A stretch of 32,000 bases of DNA, from the NCBI RefSeq assembly GCF_000341395.1, contig NC_020304.1, positions 2,880,001-2,912,000 of the forward strand. The letters are read 5' to 3'. The notes under the pieces were generated by a model that was not told the origin of the DNA, ran no database searches, and saw only the letters and a list, made by a program, of their open reading frames with translations. The DNA is from Desulfocapsa sulfexigens DSM 10523. GTDB lineage: Bacteria > Desulfobacterota > Desulfobulbia > Desulfobulbales > Desulfocapsaceae. The position numbers and the translations under genes were made by a program. This document shows, one piece after another, positions 9,471-16,717 of this stretch (position 1 is the stretch's first letter; every line of letters begins with the position of its first letter).

Positions 9471-9499
9471 AATATATCTAGGAACCGTCTGGATGTCAA
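9471..9499 (-). promoter_or_regulatory. Sigma70-type promoter for ilvBN
   Basis: On the minus strand: TTGACA (9499-9494), a 17-nt spacer, then TATATT (9476-9471), about 90 nt upstream of the ilvB ATG. Confidence 0.5.
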
Positions 9500-9569
9500 T
9501 ATTTAGAAGGGGCTGAAGGAGAAAATTGCCACAAATAGTCGGTTTTTAAGGCTCACAGCTATTCACTAC

Positions 9570-9598
9570 TTGACAAGTGGGCTCTATGGTGATTATTT
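9570..9598 (+). promoter_or_regulatory. Candidate sigma70-type promoter for the leu leader / leuA
   Basis: Perfect TTGACA at 9570-9575. The -10 is weak: TGaTTATTT at 9590-9598, extended -10-like. A TATAAT at 9607-9612 is too far from this -35. Back-to-back with the ilvB promoter. Confidence 0.35.
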
Positions 9599-9643
9599 AT
9601 TCTGACTATAATTATTAAATAAATTAAACCTTAAGAGATTTTC

Positions 9644-9724
9644 ATGTATCTTCAAACCATCCTACTAGGCCTGCTACTATCCCTGCTTAGGGAATCGTCT
9701 GTGGTGGGAATTGGAGAGTTCTGA
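9644..9724 (+). CDS. Leucine-rich leader peptide (26 aa, MYLQTILLGLLLSLLRESSVVGIGEF) of a leuA attenuator
   Basis: ATG 9644, TGA 9722-9724. 8 of 26 codons are Leu (four are CTA), clustered at codons 3-15. Weak SD AAGAGA at 9633-9638. Lies between the promoter and a perfect terminator that precedes leuA. Confidence 0.6.
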   Translation: MYLQTILLGLLLSLLRESSVVGIGEF

Positions 9725-9756
9725 AACGTACATCGTTAAAATTACTTAATAATCCG

Positions 9757-9788
9757 AAAGGCCGCAGCGTTTACTGCGGCCTTTTTTT
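9757..9788 (+). terminator. Intrinsic terminator (attenuator) upstream of leuA
   Basis: GGCCGCAG (9760-9767) pairs with CTGCGGCC (9774-9781) around a 6-nt loop. The stem is extended by AAA/TTT and followed by a T7 run at 9782-9788. It ends 62 nt before the leuA ATG. Confidence 0.8.
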
Positions 9789-9850
9789 GTTTGGGCTGGG
9801 ATAAACGGTTTGAAAGCGACTGGCATCGGGCAACAAAAAAGAGGAAGAGT

Positions 9851-11530
9851 ATGAGATCTGAAACTGTGAAAAAATACAGGCCTTATCCTGGAATTGATCT
9901 GCCGGATCGTTCCTGGCCAAATAATACCATCAGTAAAGCTCCAATCTGGTGTAGTGTCGATTTGCGGGATGGTAACCAGGCGCTGGTCCAGCCAATGAAT
10001 CTGCAACAGAAACTTGAGCTTTTTCAACTCCTGGTCGATGTGGGTTTTAAAGAAATTGAAATAGGCTTCCCATCGGCATCCGAGGTTGAATTTGCCTTTG
10101 CAAGAAGGCTAATTGACGATGGCTTGATTCCTGGAGACGTAACGATCCAGGTGCTTACTCCTGCCCGTGAAAGTCTTATCCATAAAAGTTTTGAGGCGGT
10201 TAAAGGTGCCCGCAGGGTTGTGATGCATCTTTATAATTCCACTTCCACTCTGCAGCGCCGTGCGGTTTTTAAGATGAGTCGTAATGAGATAACGGCACTT
10301 GGTGTGGAAGGGGCGCGTATTATTAAGGAAGAGGCCGAGAAATGTCCGGAAACTGAATTTCGCTTTGAGTATTCTCCGGAAAGCTTCACTGGAACAGAGC
10401 TGGATTTTGCTCTGTCCATCTGTGAAGCCGTCATGGATGTGTGGCAGCCAACGGCACTCAAACCAGTCATTATCAACCTTCCCTCCACCGTCGAAATGGC
10501 GACACCGAATGTGTACGCTGATCAGATCGAATGGTTTTGCAGACATATGAAAAATCGTGAAGCCGCTATTGTCAGTCTTCATGCTCACAATGACAGAGGC
10601 TGTGCGGTTGCGGCAACTGAACTTGCTTTAATGGCAGGTGGTGACAGGGTTGAAGGTACCCTTTTCGGTAATGGTGAACGTACCGGAAATGTAGATATCA
10701 TCACTTTGGCACTTAATATGTTTACACAGGGGGTAGATCCCGAACTTAATCTTCATGATATGAACCGGTTGATAGCCGTCTCCGAGCAGGTGACTGACAT
10801 TCCCGTTCACGTCAGGCATCCCTACGCTGGAGAGCTTGTGTATACCGCCTTTTCAGGTTCGCATCAGGATGCTATTAATAAAGGAATGGATCTCTGTGAA
10901 CGTGAAGGGCAGGGGAAATGGGAAGTACCTTATCTGCCCATTGATCCCAGGGACGTTGGCAGGACCTATGAGTCTATTATTCGAATCAACAGTCAATCTG
11001 GAAAGGGGGGAGTTGCCTACGTAATGGACAGAGAGTTTGGGCTGAAGATGCCAAAATCCATGCATCCTGAATTTGGCTCCATCGTCCAGAAGGTTACTGA
11101 CAGTGTCGGGCGGGAACTTCAGCTCTCGGAAATATGGGCAGCATTTGAAAAGGAATATTTGCTCGGAAAAGCTCCTTTTTTCTTGAACAGCTTTGATGTA
11201 GTGAAACGCCATATTGATAATGATGAGCAGGCATCATCTGCAGAAATTGAAGCAGTGGTTTTGGTAAATGGAGAGAAGAGGACAATACGTGGTGGAGGAA
11301 ATGGTCCACTGGATGCTTTTTGTGCAGCACTGAAATCAGAGATCGCCGAGGATTTTCTTCTGAGCAGTTATCATGAGCACGCCTTAACAGAAAGTTCCAG
11401 TTCCAGGGCAGTCGCCTACATTCAGGTTACGCAACCAGATGGTACAAAAAAATGGGGTGTTGGAATGGATACTGATATTATTGTTGCATCCATCAAGGCG
11501 GTGCTAAGTGCCTTGAATCGATTTGTCTGA
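9851..11530 (+). CDS. leuA: 2-isopropylmalate synthase (long, ~560-aa type)
   Basis: CSVDLRDGNQ and LHAHNDRGCAVA catalytic motifs plus a C-terminal regulatory domain. Start set at ATG 9851 with SD AAGAGGAAGAG. The tracked TTG at 9791 overlaps the terminator tail. Confidence 0.93.
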   Translation: MRSETVKKYRPYPGIDLPDRSWPNNTISKAPIWCSVDLRDGNQALVQPMNLQQKLELFQLLVDVGFKEIEIGFPSASEVEFAFARRLIDDGLIPGDVTIQVLTPARESLIHKSFEAVKGARRVVMHLYNSTSTLQRRAVFKMSRNEITALGVEGARIIKEEAEKCPETEFRFEYSPESFTGTELDFALSICEAVMDVWQPTALKPVIINLPSTVEMATPNVYADQIEWFCRHMKNREAAIVSLHAHNDRGCAVAATELALMAGGDRVEGTLFGNGERTGNVDIITLALNMFTQGVDPELNLHDMNRLIAVSEQVTDIPVHVRHPYAGELVYTAFSGSHQDAINKGMDLCEREGQGKWEVPYLPIDPRDVGRTYESIIRINSQSGKGGVAYVMDREFGLKMPKSMHPEFGSIVQKVTDSVGRELQLSEIWAAFEKEYLLGKAPFFLNSFDVVKRHIDNDEQASSAEIEAVVLVNGEKRTIRGGGNGPLDAFCAALKSEIAEDFLLSSYHEHALTESSSSRAVAYIQVTQPDGTKKWGVGMDTDIIVASIKAVLSALNRFV

Positions 11531-11576
11531 TTTCGTCATATGTGCCTGATAGTTTCGTAAGGTATCCTTTGCGGAA

Positions 11577-12419
11577 CTATCGGTTTAATAGATAGAAAAA
11601 AATACCACCTGCAGCCAGCCAGATATTGGTAATATTGGAAATAGTGATGTTGAGTATAGCGGCGAGTGGTTTTTTACGGCTGAGCAGGGCCAGACATGAT
11701 TTAAATTCGGGCCATGATGTGAGGGAGGCAAGAACCAGGAATCCTATTACTCCTTTTGGCGCTTTAGAATGTTCAGCCGCAAATGTAACCACAGGGTCAA
11801 GAAAATATCCAGAACTAAGCAGGAGTAAGATTGCAGGTATCAGCCAGCGTCTGGCACCCTCATGATACATTTCGTCACTCTCTTCTTCGCCTTCATTCGG
11901 GCGTAGAAAAAAAAGCGGCAGGGTCAGTAACAGCGCCGTAATCAACCAGTATTTGTAATAGGATGTTGGTATGCAGTAGAAACCGATGGCAAGAGTTGCT
12001 GTGCTCAGGATTGTGACAGTGCTGTAGAGCGGTTTGGTTTTCACTGTCTGCCAGGTCATTTTACAAATCACTGCGGCAGTAATCAGAAGAATAGGGTTCA
12101 TGAAATTTGAACCAAGGGGTGTAGATGCGGCAAAAAGGACATCACCGGCAGCAAGACCGACAATAAGACAAAGTGCTTCCGGGCCATTGGTTATGAATCC
12201 TGTGACGGTACCAATTCCTTTAATATGCTTAATGGACTCAATAATAATTTCCACAGACAAGCCGATAAGCATCATCTCAATTATGATTCCGGATGCTCCA
12301 AGAAAAGAGAGCTGGACATTGCCCTGAAAAATCAGACTGCTCCCGCAAAAAAATGCCAGAACCAGAACCCACACCACTAGATCTAAGCGTGTTACTGAAC
12401 TGAGAATAAGCTGTCTCAC
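11577..12419 (-). CDS. Short CaCA-like (Na+/Ca2+ exchanger superfamily) membrane protein
   Basis: 280-aa polytopic protein with two alpha-repeat-like segments: ITNGPE...LGSNFMNPILL and LTSWPE...ISNITNIWL. GTG start overlaps the upstream stop codon (GTGA, 12416-12419). Confidence 0.6.
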   Translation of the reverse strand: MRQLILSSVTRLDLVVWVLVLAFFCGSSLIFQGNVQLSFLGASGIIIEMMLIGLSVEIIIESIKHIKGIGTVTGFITNGPEALCLIVGLAAGDVLFAASTPLGSNFMNPILLITAAVICKMTWQTVKTKPLYSTVTILSTATLAIGFYCIPTSYYKYWLITALLLTLPLFFLRPNEGEEESDEMYHEGARRWLIPAILLLLSSGYFLDPVVTFAAEHSKAPKGVIGFLVLASLTSWPEFKSCLALLSRKKPLAAILNITISNITNIWLAAGGIFFYLLNR

Positions 12420-12667
12420 GGTTTCCGTACCTTTGTCAGAAATGCTTCGATTTTATCTCGATTGAGGAGGATACCGCTGATTTGTCCTTCGCCGTATTTC
12501 AGGGTCGGAATAAACATCACGCCATCTTTAAGAGCTCGCAGAGGGCTGGTTAGTATTTCGACTTCTTCCAGTTCTATGTCGTTCATGTTTGCCAAGAGTT
12601 CATCCAGAACTTTTTTTGCCATATGGCAACGAGGTCAGAGACTTGAGTGGTAAAAAGTGATGGTCAT
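12416..12667 (-). CDS. Thioredoxin/glutaredoxin-fold selenoprotein candidate (in-frame TGA at 12635-12637; active site U-P-R-C)
   Basis: Reading from ATG 12667 gives MTITFYHSSL-[TGA]-PRCHMAKKVLDELL...GVMFIPTLKYGEGQISG... The TGA sits at the first Cys position of a CxxC, right after beta-strand 1. The FIPT cis-Pro loop is present. The tracked ORF (start 12622) lacks beta-strand 1 and the redox centre. Confidence 0.6.
12597..12611 (-). other. Candidate SECIS-like hairpin downstream of the UGA
   Basis: mRNA AGUUC-UGGAU-GAACU: 5-bp stem, extendable by A-U pairs, with a G-containing apical loop at +32 to +36 from the U of UGA. A second small hairpin, UUGCC-AUAU-GGCAA, lies at 12616-12629. Neither was folded computationally. 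Confidence 0.3.
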
Positions 12668-12801
12668 AATTTTCAGTTTATATGAGTTTGTGATAGTTGC
12701 TTTATTGAAATACAAAGGATACTATCAAAAGGAAAGAATGTCACAGAAGATACACTGAAACCCTAAAGCTGTTCAACAAGAGTTTTTTTGTTCCGGGACC
12801 T

Positions 12802-13761
12802 ATGAATTCATATCCTCCTCTGATAATTGTTGATGATCAGCGTTTTCTCCAGCATGATACCGGTGGTGGGGATCATCCAGAAACAGCAGCCAGACTGCAG
12901 GTTATACGCAGATCTCTTAAGTCAAGTGACTGTTATCCGTCTCTCTCTTTTTTGTCACCACAGGCAGCTACCCGCAGTGATCTTACCCGGGTTCACAGTG
13001 AAAACTGGCTCTTTCGTTTTGAAGAATCAGTTCTTGCCGGTCAAACCTATATTGATCATTTCGACAATCAGGTCTGTTATGACTCTTACGATATAGCGTG
13101 CCTTGCTGCAGGTGCCGGAATTTCCGCCATAGATCTCATTGAAGAGGGAAAGGGGGATAACATATTCTGCCTGGTTCGTCCTCCCGGACATCATGCGGAA
13201 CGCAGTGTTCCTTTTGGCTTCTGTTTCTTTAATAATTGTGTGGTAGCCGCCAGATACTGGCAACATAAATACCATAAAAGACGAGTTCTTATTTTTGATT
13301 TTGATGCCCACCATGGTAACGGGATTCAGTCTGCTTTTGAGGAAGAATCTGATAGTTACTACATAAGTATACATGAGCATCCGAGTTTTAGTTACCCTGG
13401 AACCGGGTATGGTGATGAGCACGGAATGGGTGATGGAAAGGGGACCATTCTGAATCTCCCACTTTCGCCAGGGGCGAATGACGGGGATGTGGAAAATCTT
13501 CTTAAAAAAGTTATTTTACCGAAGCTTGAGGAGTGGCAGCCAGAAGCAATTATCATTGCAGCGGGCTTTGATGCTCACATTGCTGATGATATGTCAGGGC
13601 TCCATTACTCCACTGACCTGTATTTTACTCTTGGCCGCCAGGTGAAGTCCTGGGCAAATCGATTTACCAATGGGAAATTGCTTTCCATTTTAGAAGGCGG
13701 ATATGAACTCTCTGTTCTTGGAGATTCCGTTGAGGCATACGTGAGAGGTATACTGGAGTAG
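12802..13761 (+). CDS. Histone-deacetylase-family (AcuC-like) lysine/polyamine deacetylase
   Basis: RPPGHHAE, FDFDAHHGNG and EGGYE catalytic and metal-binding motifs. 319 aa. Confidence 0.9.
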   Translation: MNSYPPLIIVDDQRFLQHDTGGGDHPETAARLQVIRRSLKSSDCYPSLSFLSPQAATRSDLTRVHSENWLFRFEESVLAGQTYIDHFDNQVCYDSYDIACLAAGAGISAIDLIEEGKGDNIFCLVRPPGHHAERSVPFGFCFFNNCVVAARYWQHKYHKRRVLIFDFDAHHGNGIQSAFEEESDSYYISIHEHPSFSYPGTGYGDEHGMGDGKGTILNLPLSPGANDGDVENLLKKVILPKLEEWQPEAIIIAAGFDAHIADDMSGLHYSTDLYFTLGRQVKSWANRFTNGKLLSILEGGYELSVLGDSVEAYVRGILE

Positions 13762-13803
13762 ACCCGGTTATACTAAAATTTAAATCTTTTAAGCGAGGTA
13801 GAT

Positions 13804-14445
13804 ATGTACATTTTACGGCATATGACACCCGATCCTATCACCGTTTCTCCAGACATGCTTCTCCCTGAAGCCAGGGCTCTGTTAAATGACTTTCATTTCC
13901 GCCATCTCCCAGTTGTTGATGGACAGGGACAATTGGTAGGAATACTCACAGATCGTGATCTGCGTTCAGCCTATCCTTCTTCTGTTATCAGCGACAGTGA
14001 AAGACGACTGGTGTATGAACGTGTACAGCAAACATCGGTCTCGGAAATCATGTCCACCGATTGTGTTACACTCGGCACTGATTCAACACTTGACGATGCT
14101 CTCTTTCTCTTTGATAGAGATCAGCCTGGGGCTCTCCCCGTGCTTGATAAGGAGGGTAAAGTGGTTGGTATCTTTTCCATTAGAGACCTCAATGCTGCCT
14201 ACAAAACACTTTTTGGAGTTGGTGAAAAGGGCGCGGTTCTTATTGGTATCCATGATGATGGTAGCCCGACTATCATGACTCGAATTGTGACACTTCTTGA
14301 GCAGGAAAAAATTCCATTCACCAGGGTTCTTCGTATCTTTGATAAAGAGGTGGGAGATACTATTTACCTGAGGATAAATACTTTCAAAATTGCCGCGGTT
14401 CTTGATCTTCTGGAGGAGAACGGTTTTGACGTTAAGAAGGAATGA
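13804..14445 (+). CDS. CBS-pair plus ACT-like domain protein (AcuB-like)
   Basis: Two CBS modules (HLPVVDGQGQLVGILTDRDL and ALPVLDKEGKVVGIFSIRDL) and a C-terminal ACT-like segment. 213 aa. SD GAGG lies 6 nt before the ATG. Confidence 0.85.
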   Translation: MYILRHMTPDPITVSPDMLLPEARALLNDFHFRHLPVVDGQGQLVGILTDRDLRSAYPSSVISDSERRLVYERVQQTSVSEIMSTDCVTLGTDSTLDDALFLFDRDQPGALPVLDKEGKVVGIFSIRDLNAAYKTLFGVGEKGAVLIGIHDDGSPTIMTRIVTLLEQEKIPFTRVLRIFDKEVGDTIYLRINTFKIAAVLDLLEENGFDVKKE

Positions 14446-14525
14446 GCGTTCAGGTTTGTCGGAACCTGGAAGATTGTTAATATACTGTAAATATTGCCGT
14501 AAGGCAGAATGTCCCTGGTGTTTTT

Positions 14526-16634
14526 ATGAGTATCGATACGCTGTTTAACCCGAAAAGTGTTGCGGTCGTTGGGGCCTCTCGAACCGATGGGAAGATTGGT
14601 CATACCATTCTTGCTAATATCATCAGGGGTGGCTTTCAAGGTGCTATTATTCCAATTAACCCTGCAGCCAAAGAGATACTTGGCCTTCCCTGTTTTCCAT
14701 CTCTTGGGGAATGTGGCCAGGAAGTGGATCTCGTGGTGTCAGCCTTACCGCAGTCACTGGTTAAAACAGTGGTTGATGAGTGTCCAAAAGTGAAGGCAAA
14801 AGGCCTGATTGTTATAGCGTCGGGATACCAGGAAACCGGTCCCGATGGTGCCATCCTTGAGCAGGAACTTGTTGAACTCTGTACTCGTCGTGAGCTGAGA
14901 CTTCTCGGTCCGAATTGTCTGGGGTTTATTAATACCGCCAACAATCTCAATGCTTCTTTCGCAGGAGATATGCCGGGTAGCGGTGATGTTACACTTTTTT
15001 CTCAGTCTGGGGCACTCTGCAGCGTTATGCTCGATATGGCCAATGATCGTCATATGGGGTTGGCCAAGCTGGTAAGTGTAGGAAATAAGGCGGATATAAG
15101 CGGTGTTGATATGCTTGCCTATCTTGCAAAGGATGATGATACAAAGGTTATCGTAGGGTATCTTGAAGATATAGTGTCTGGTAAGAATTTTATAAAGGCG
15201 GCAGAAGATGCCGCATCAAATAAACCGGTAATTATTTTAAAATCCGGGACCACTTCCGCAGGACTGAAGGCGACAGTGTCTCATACGGGTATACTGGCTG
15301 GCGCTGATACAGCATATGGAGCAGCTTTTAAACGATCGGGTGTGATACGAGCGGATACCTTTGAGTCTCTTTTTGATTTTGCATCGGCGTTTTCCCTGCA
15401 GCCACTTCCAAAAGGAAATAACGTTCGTATTATCACGAATGCGGGTGGAGCTGGAATTATGGCAGCCGATGCGGTGGAACTTGCTGGAATGAAAGTCCAA
15501 GAGCATGGTCAGAATGAAAGAAAGGCTGCGATTCAGCAACCGCAAAAGATTTTCAAACCTGTTAATCCTGTTGATATACTGGGTGATGTTGATCCTGGTG
15601 TATATGTAACTGCGATAAAAGCTGCTCAGACCGACTCCGATGTTGATGCCATCCTTATTGTCCTGACTCCACAAGCAATGAAGCGTCCTGCAGAAACAGC
15701 CAGTGCCATAGTAACCTGTATTGATGGAACCAAACCGATAGTGGCTGCTTTTATGGGTGGCCATGAGACAACCCTTCTGCGTAAGGAACTCGTTGCTGCT
15801 GGTTTGCCTCTGTATAAATCACCGGAAAGAGCAGTGGCTGCCCTCAAGGCAATGGGTGAATATGCTGCCTGGAAAAAGCGCCCACCACGCACGGTTACCA
15901 GATTTAAAGTAAACAGGCGCAGGGTGGAACGAATTCTTTCACGTCGTCAGCGTACCGGGATGCTTCAGCTTGGTGAGGTGAAGGGGAAAGATGTTCTTGG
16001 TGCCTATGGCTTTCATGTACCGACCGGGGCCCTGGCCTCGACGGCAGAAGAGGCAACGGAGATTGCAGAACGTATAGGATATCCTGTGGCAATGAAGATT
16101 GTATCTCCTGACATTGTCCATAAGAGTGATCTTGGCGGAGTGTTCTTAAACGTTTCCAACAGGGAATCTGCTGAGGACACTTATGACTTGATGACCTTAA
16201 AGATTCGTAAAAAGGTTCCCGGTGCTCGTATTGAAGGGGTGTATGTTGAAAAGATGGCCAGTAAAGGGCTCGAGGTGATCATCGGTATGACCAGAGACCC
16301 CCAGTTCGGCCCCATGCTAATGTTTGGTCTTGGTGGGATTTTTGTAGAGGTAATGAAAGATGTGACTTTTCACCTTGCCCCTATCACCGAACAGGAAGCG
16401 ATACAGATGCTGAAATCCACTAAATCCTACGCAATGCTGCAGGGGCGTCGAGGTCAGAGTGGAGTTGATGTGGTTGCAATAGCTTCGGGTCTGCAGCGAA
16501 TCAGTCAGTTAACGACGGATTTTCCACAGATTTTAGAGCTTGATATCAACCCCTTTATTGTCGGTGAGTTTGGATCCGAACCTGTGGTGGCAGATGCGCG
16601 AATGACATTGGCACCATTACCGGAAGAGAAGTAA
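14526..16634 (+). CDS. ADP-forming acetyl-CoA synthetase (fused alpha/beta, NDP-forming acyl-CoA synthetase family)
   Basis: CoA-binding N-terminus SVAVVGASRTDGKIG, phosphohistidine loop VSHTGILAG, and a C-terminal ATP-grasp domain. 702 aa. Confidence 0.88.
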   Translation: MSIDTLFNPKSVAVVGASRTDGKIGHTILANIIRGGFQGAIIPINPAAKEILGLPCFPSLGECGQEVDLVVSALPQSLVKTVVDECPKVKAKGLIVIASGYQETGPDGAILEQELVELCTRRELRLLGPNCLGFINTANNLNASFAGDMPGSGDVTLFSQSGALCSVMLDMANDRHMGLAKLVSVGNKADISGVDMLAYLAKDDDTKVIVGYLEDIVSGKNFIKAAEDAASNKPVIILKSGTTSAGLKATVSHTGILAGADTAYGAAFKRSGVIRADTFESLFDFASAFSLQPLPKGNNVRIITNAGGAGIMAADAVELAGMKVQEHGQNERKAAIQQPQKIFKPVNPVDILGDVDPGVYVTAIKAAQTDSDVDAILIVLTPQAMKRPAETASAIVTCIDGTKPIVAAFMGGHETTLLRKELVAAGLPLYKSPERAVAALKAMGEYAAWKKRPPRTVTRFKVNRRRVERILSRRQRTGMLQLGEVKGKDVLGAYGFHVPTGALASTAEEATEIAERIGYPVAMKIVSPDIVHKSDLGGVFLNVSNRESAEDTYDLMTLKIRKKVPGARIEGVYVEKMASKGLEVIIGMTRDPQFGPMLMFGLGGIFVEVMKDVTFHLAPITEQEAIQMLKSTKSYAMLQGRRGQSGVDVVAIASGLQRISQLTTDFPQILELDINPFIVGEFGSEPVVADARMTLAPLPEEK

Positions 16635-16717
16635 GGACGAATAGAATATCTCAGAATTATAATTTAATCGGGAAATATAACTTTTCAGTTGTCTTGTTGA
16701 TGAGTTATGAGGGAATT

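Noticed and set aside
7959-9481. Several long + strand ORFs (7959-8171, 8211-8603, 8303-8962, 9002-9481) antisense to ilvB
   Set aside because: They lie wholly inside a gene with unmistakable acetolactate synthase motifs on the other strand. Their translations are low-complexity and motif-free, so they are typical antisense-frame artefacts.
9746-10027. 93-aa minus-strand ORF spanning the leuA start and the attenuator
   Set aside because: It overlaps the leuA catalytic DLRDGNQ region in antisense and runs through the terminator hairpin. No start context or motif supports it.
14754-16121. Minus-strand ORFs inside the ADP-forming acetyl-CoA synthetase gene (14636-14950, 14754-15053, 15237-15764, 15626-15892, 15904-16092, 15939-16121)
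   Set aside because: They are antisense to a gene with clear CoA-binding, phosphohistidine and ATP-grasp motifs. The translations are Arg/Ser/Cys-rich noise.
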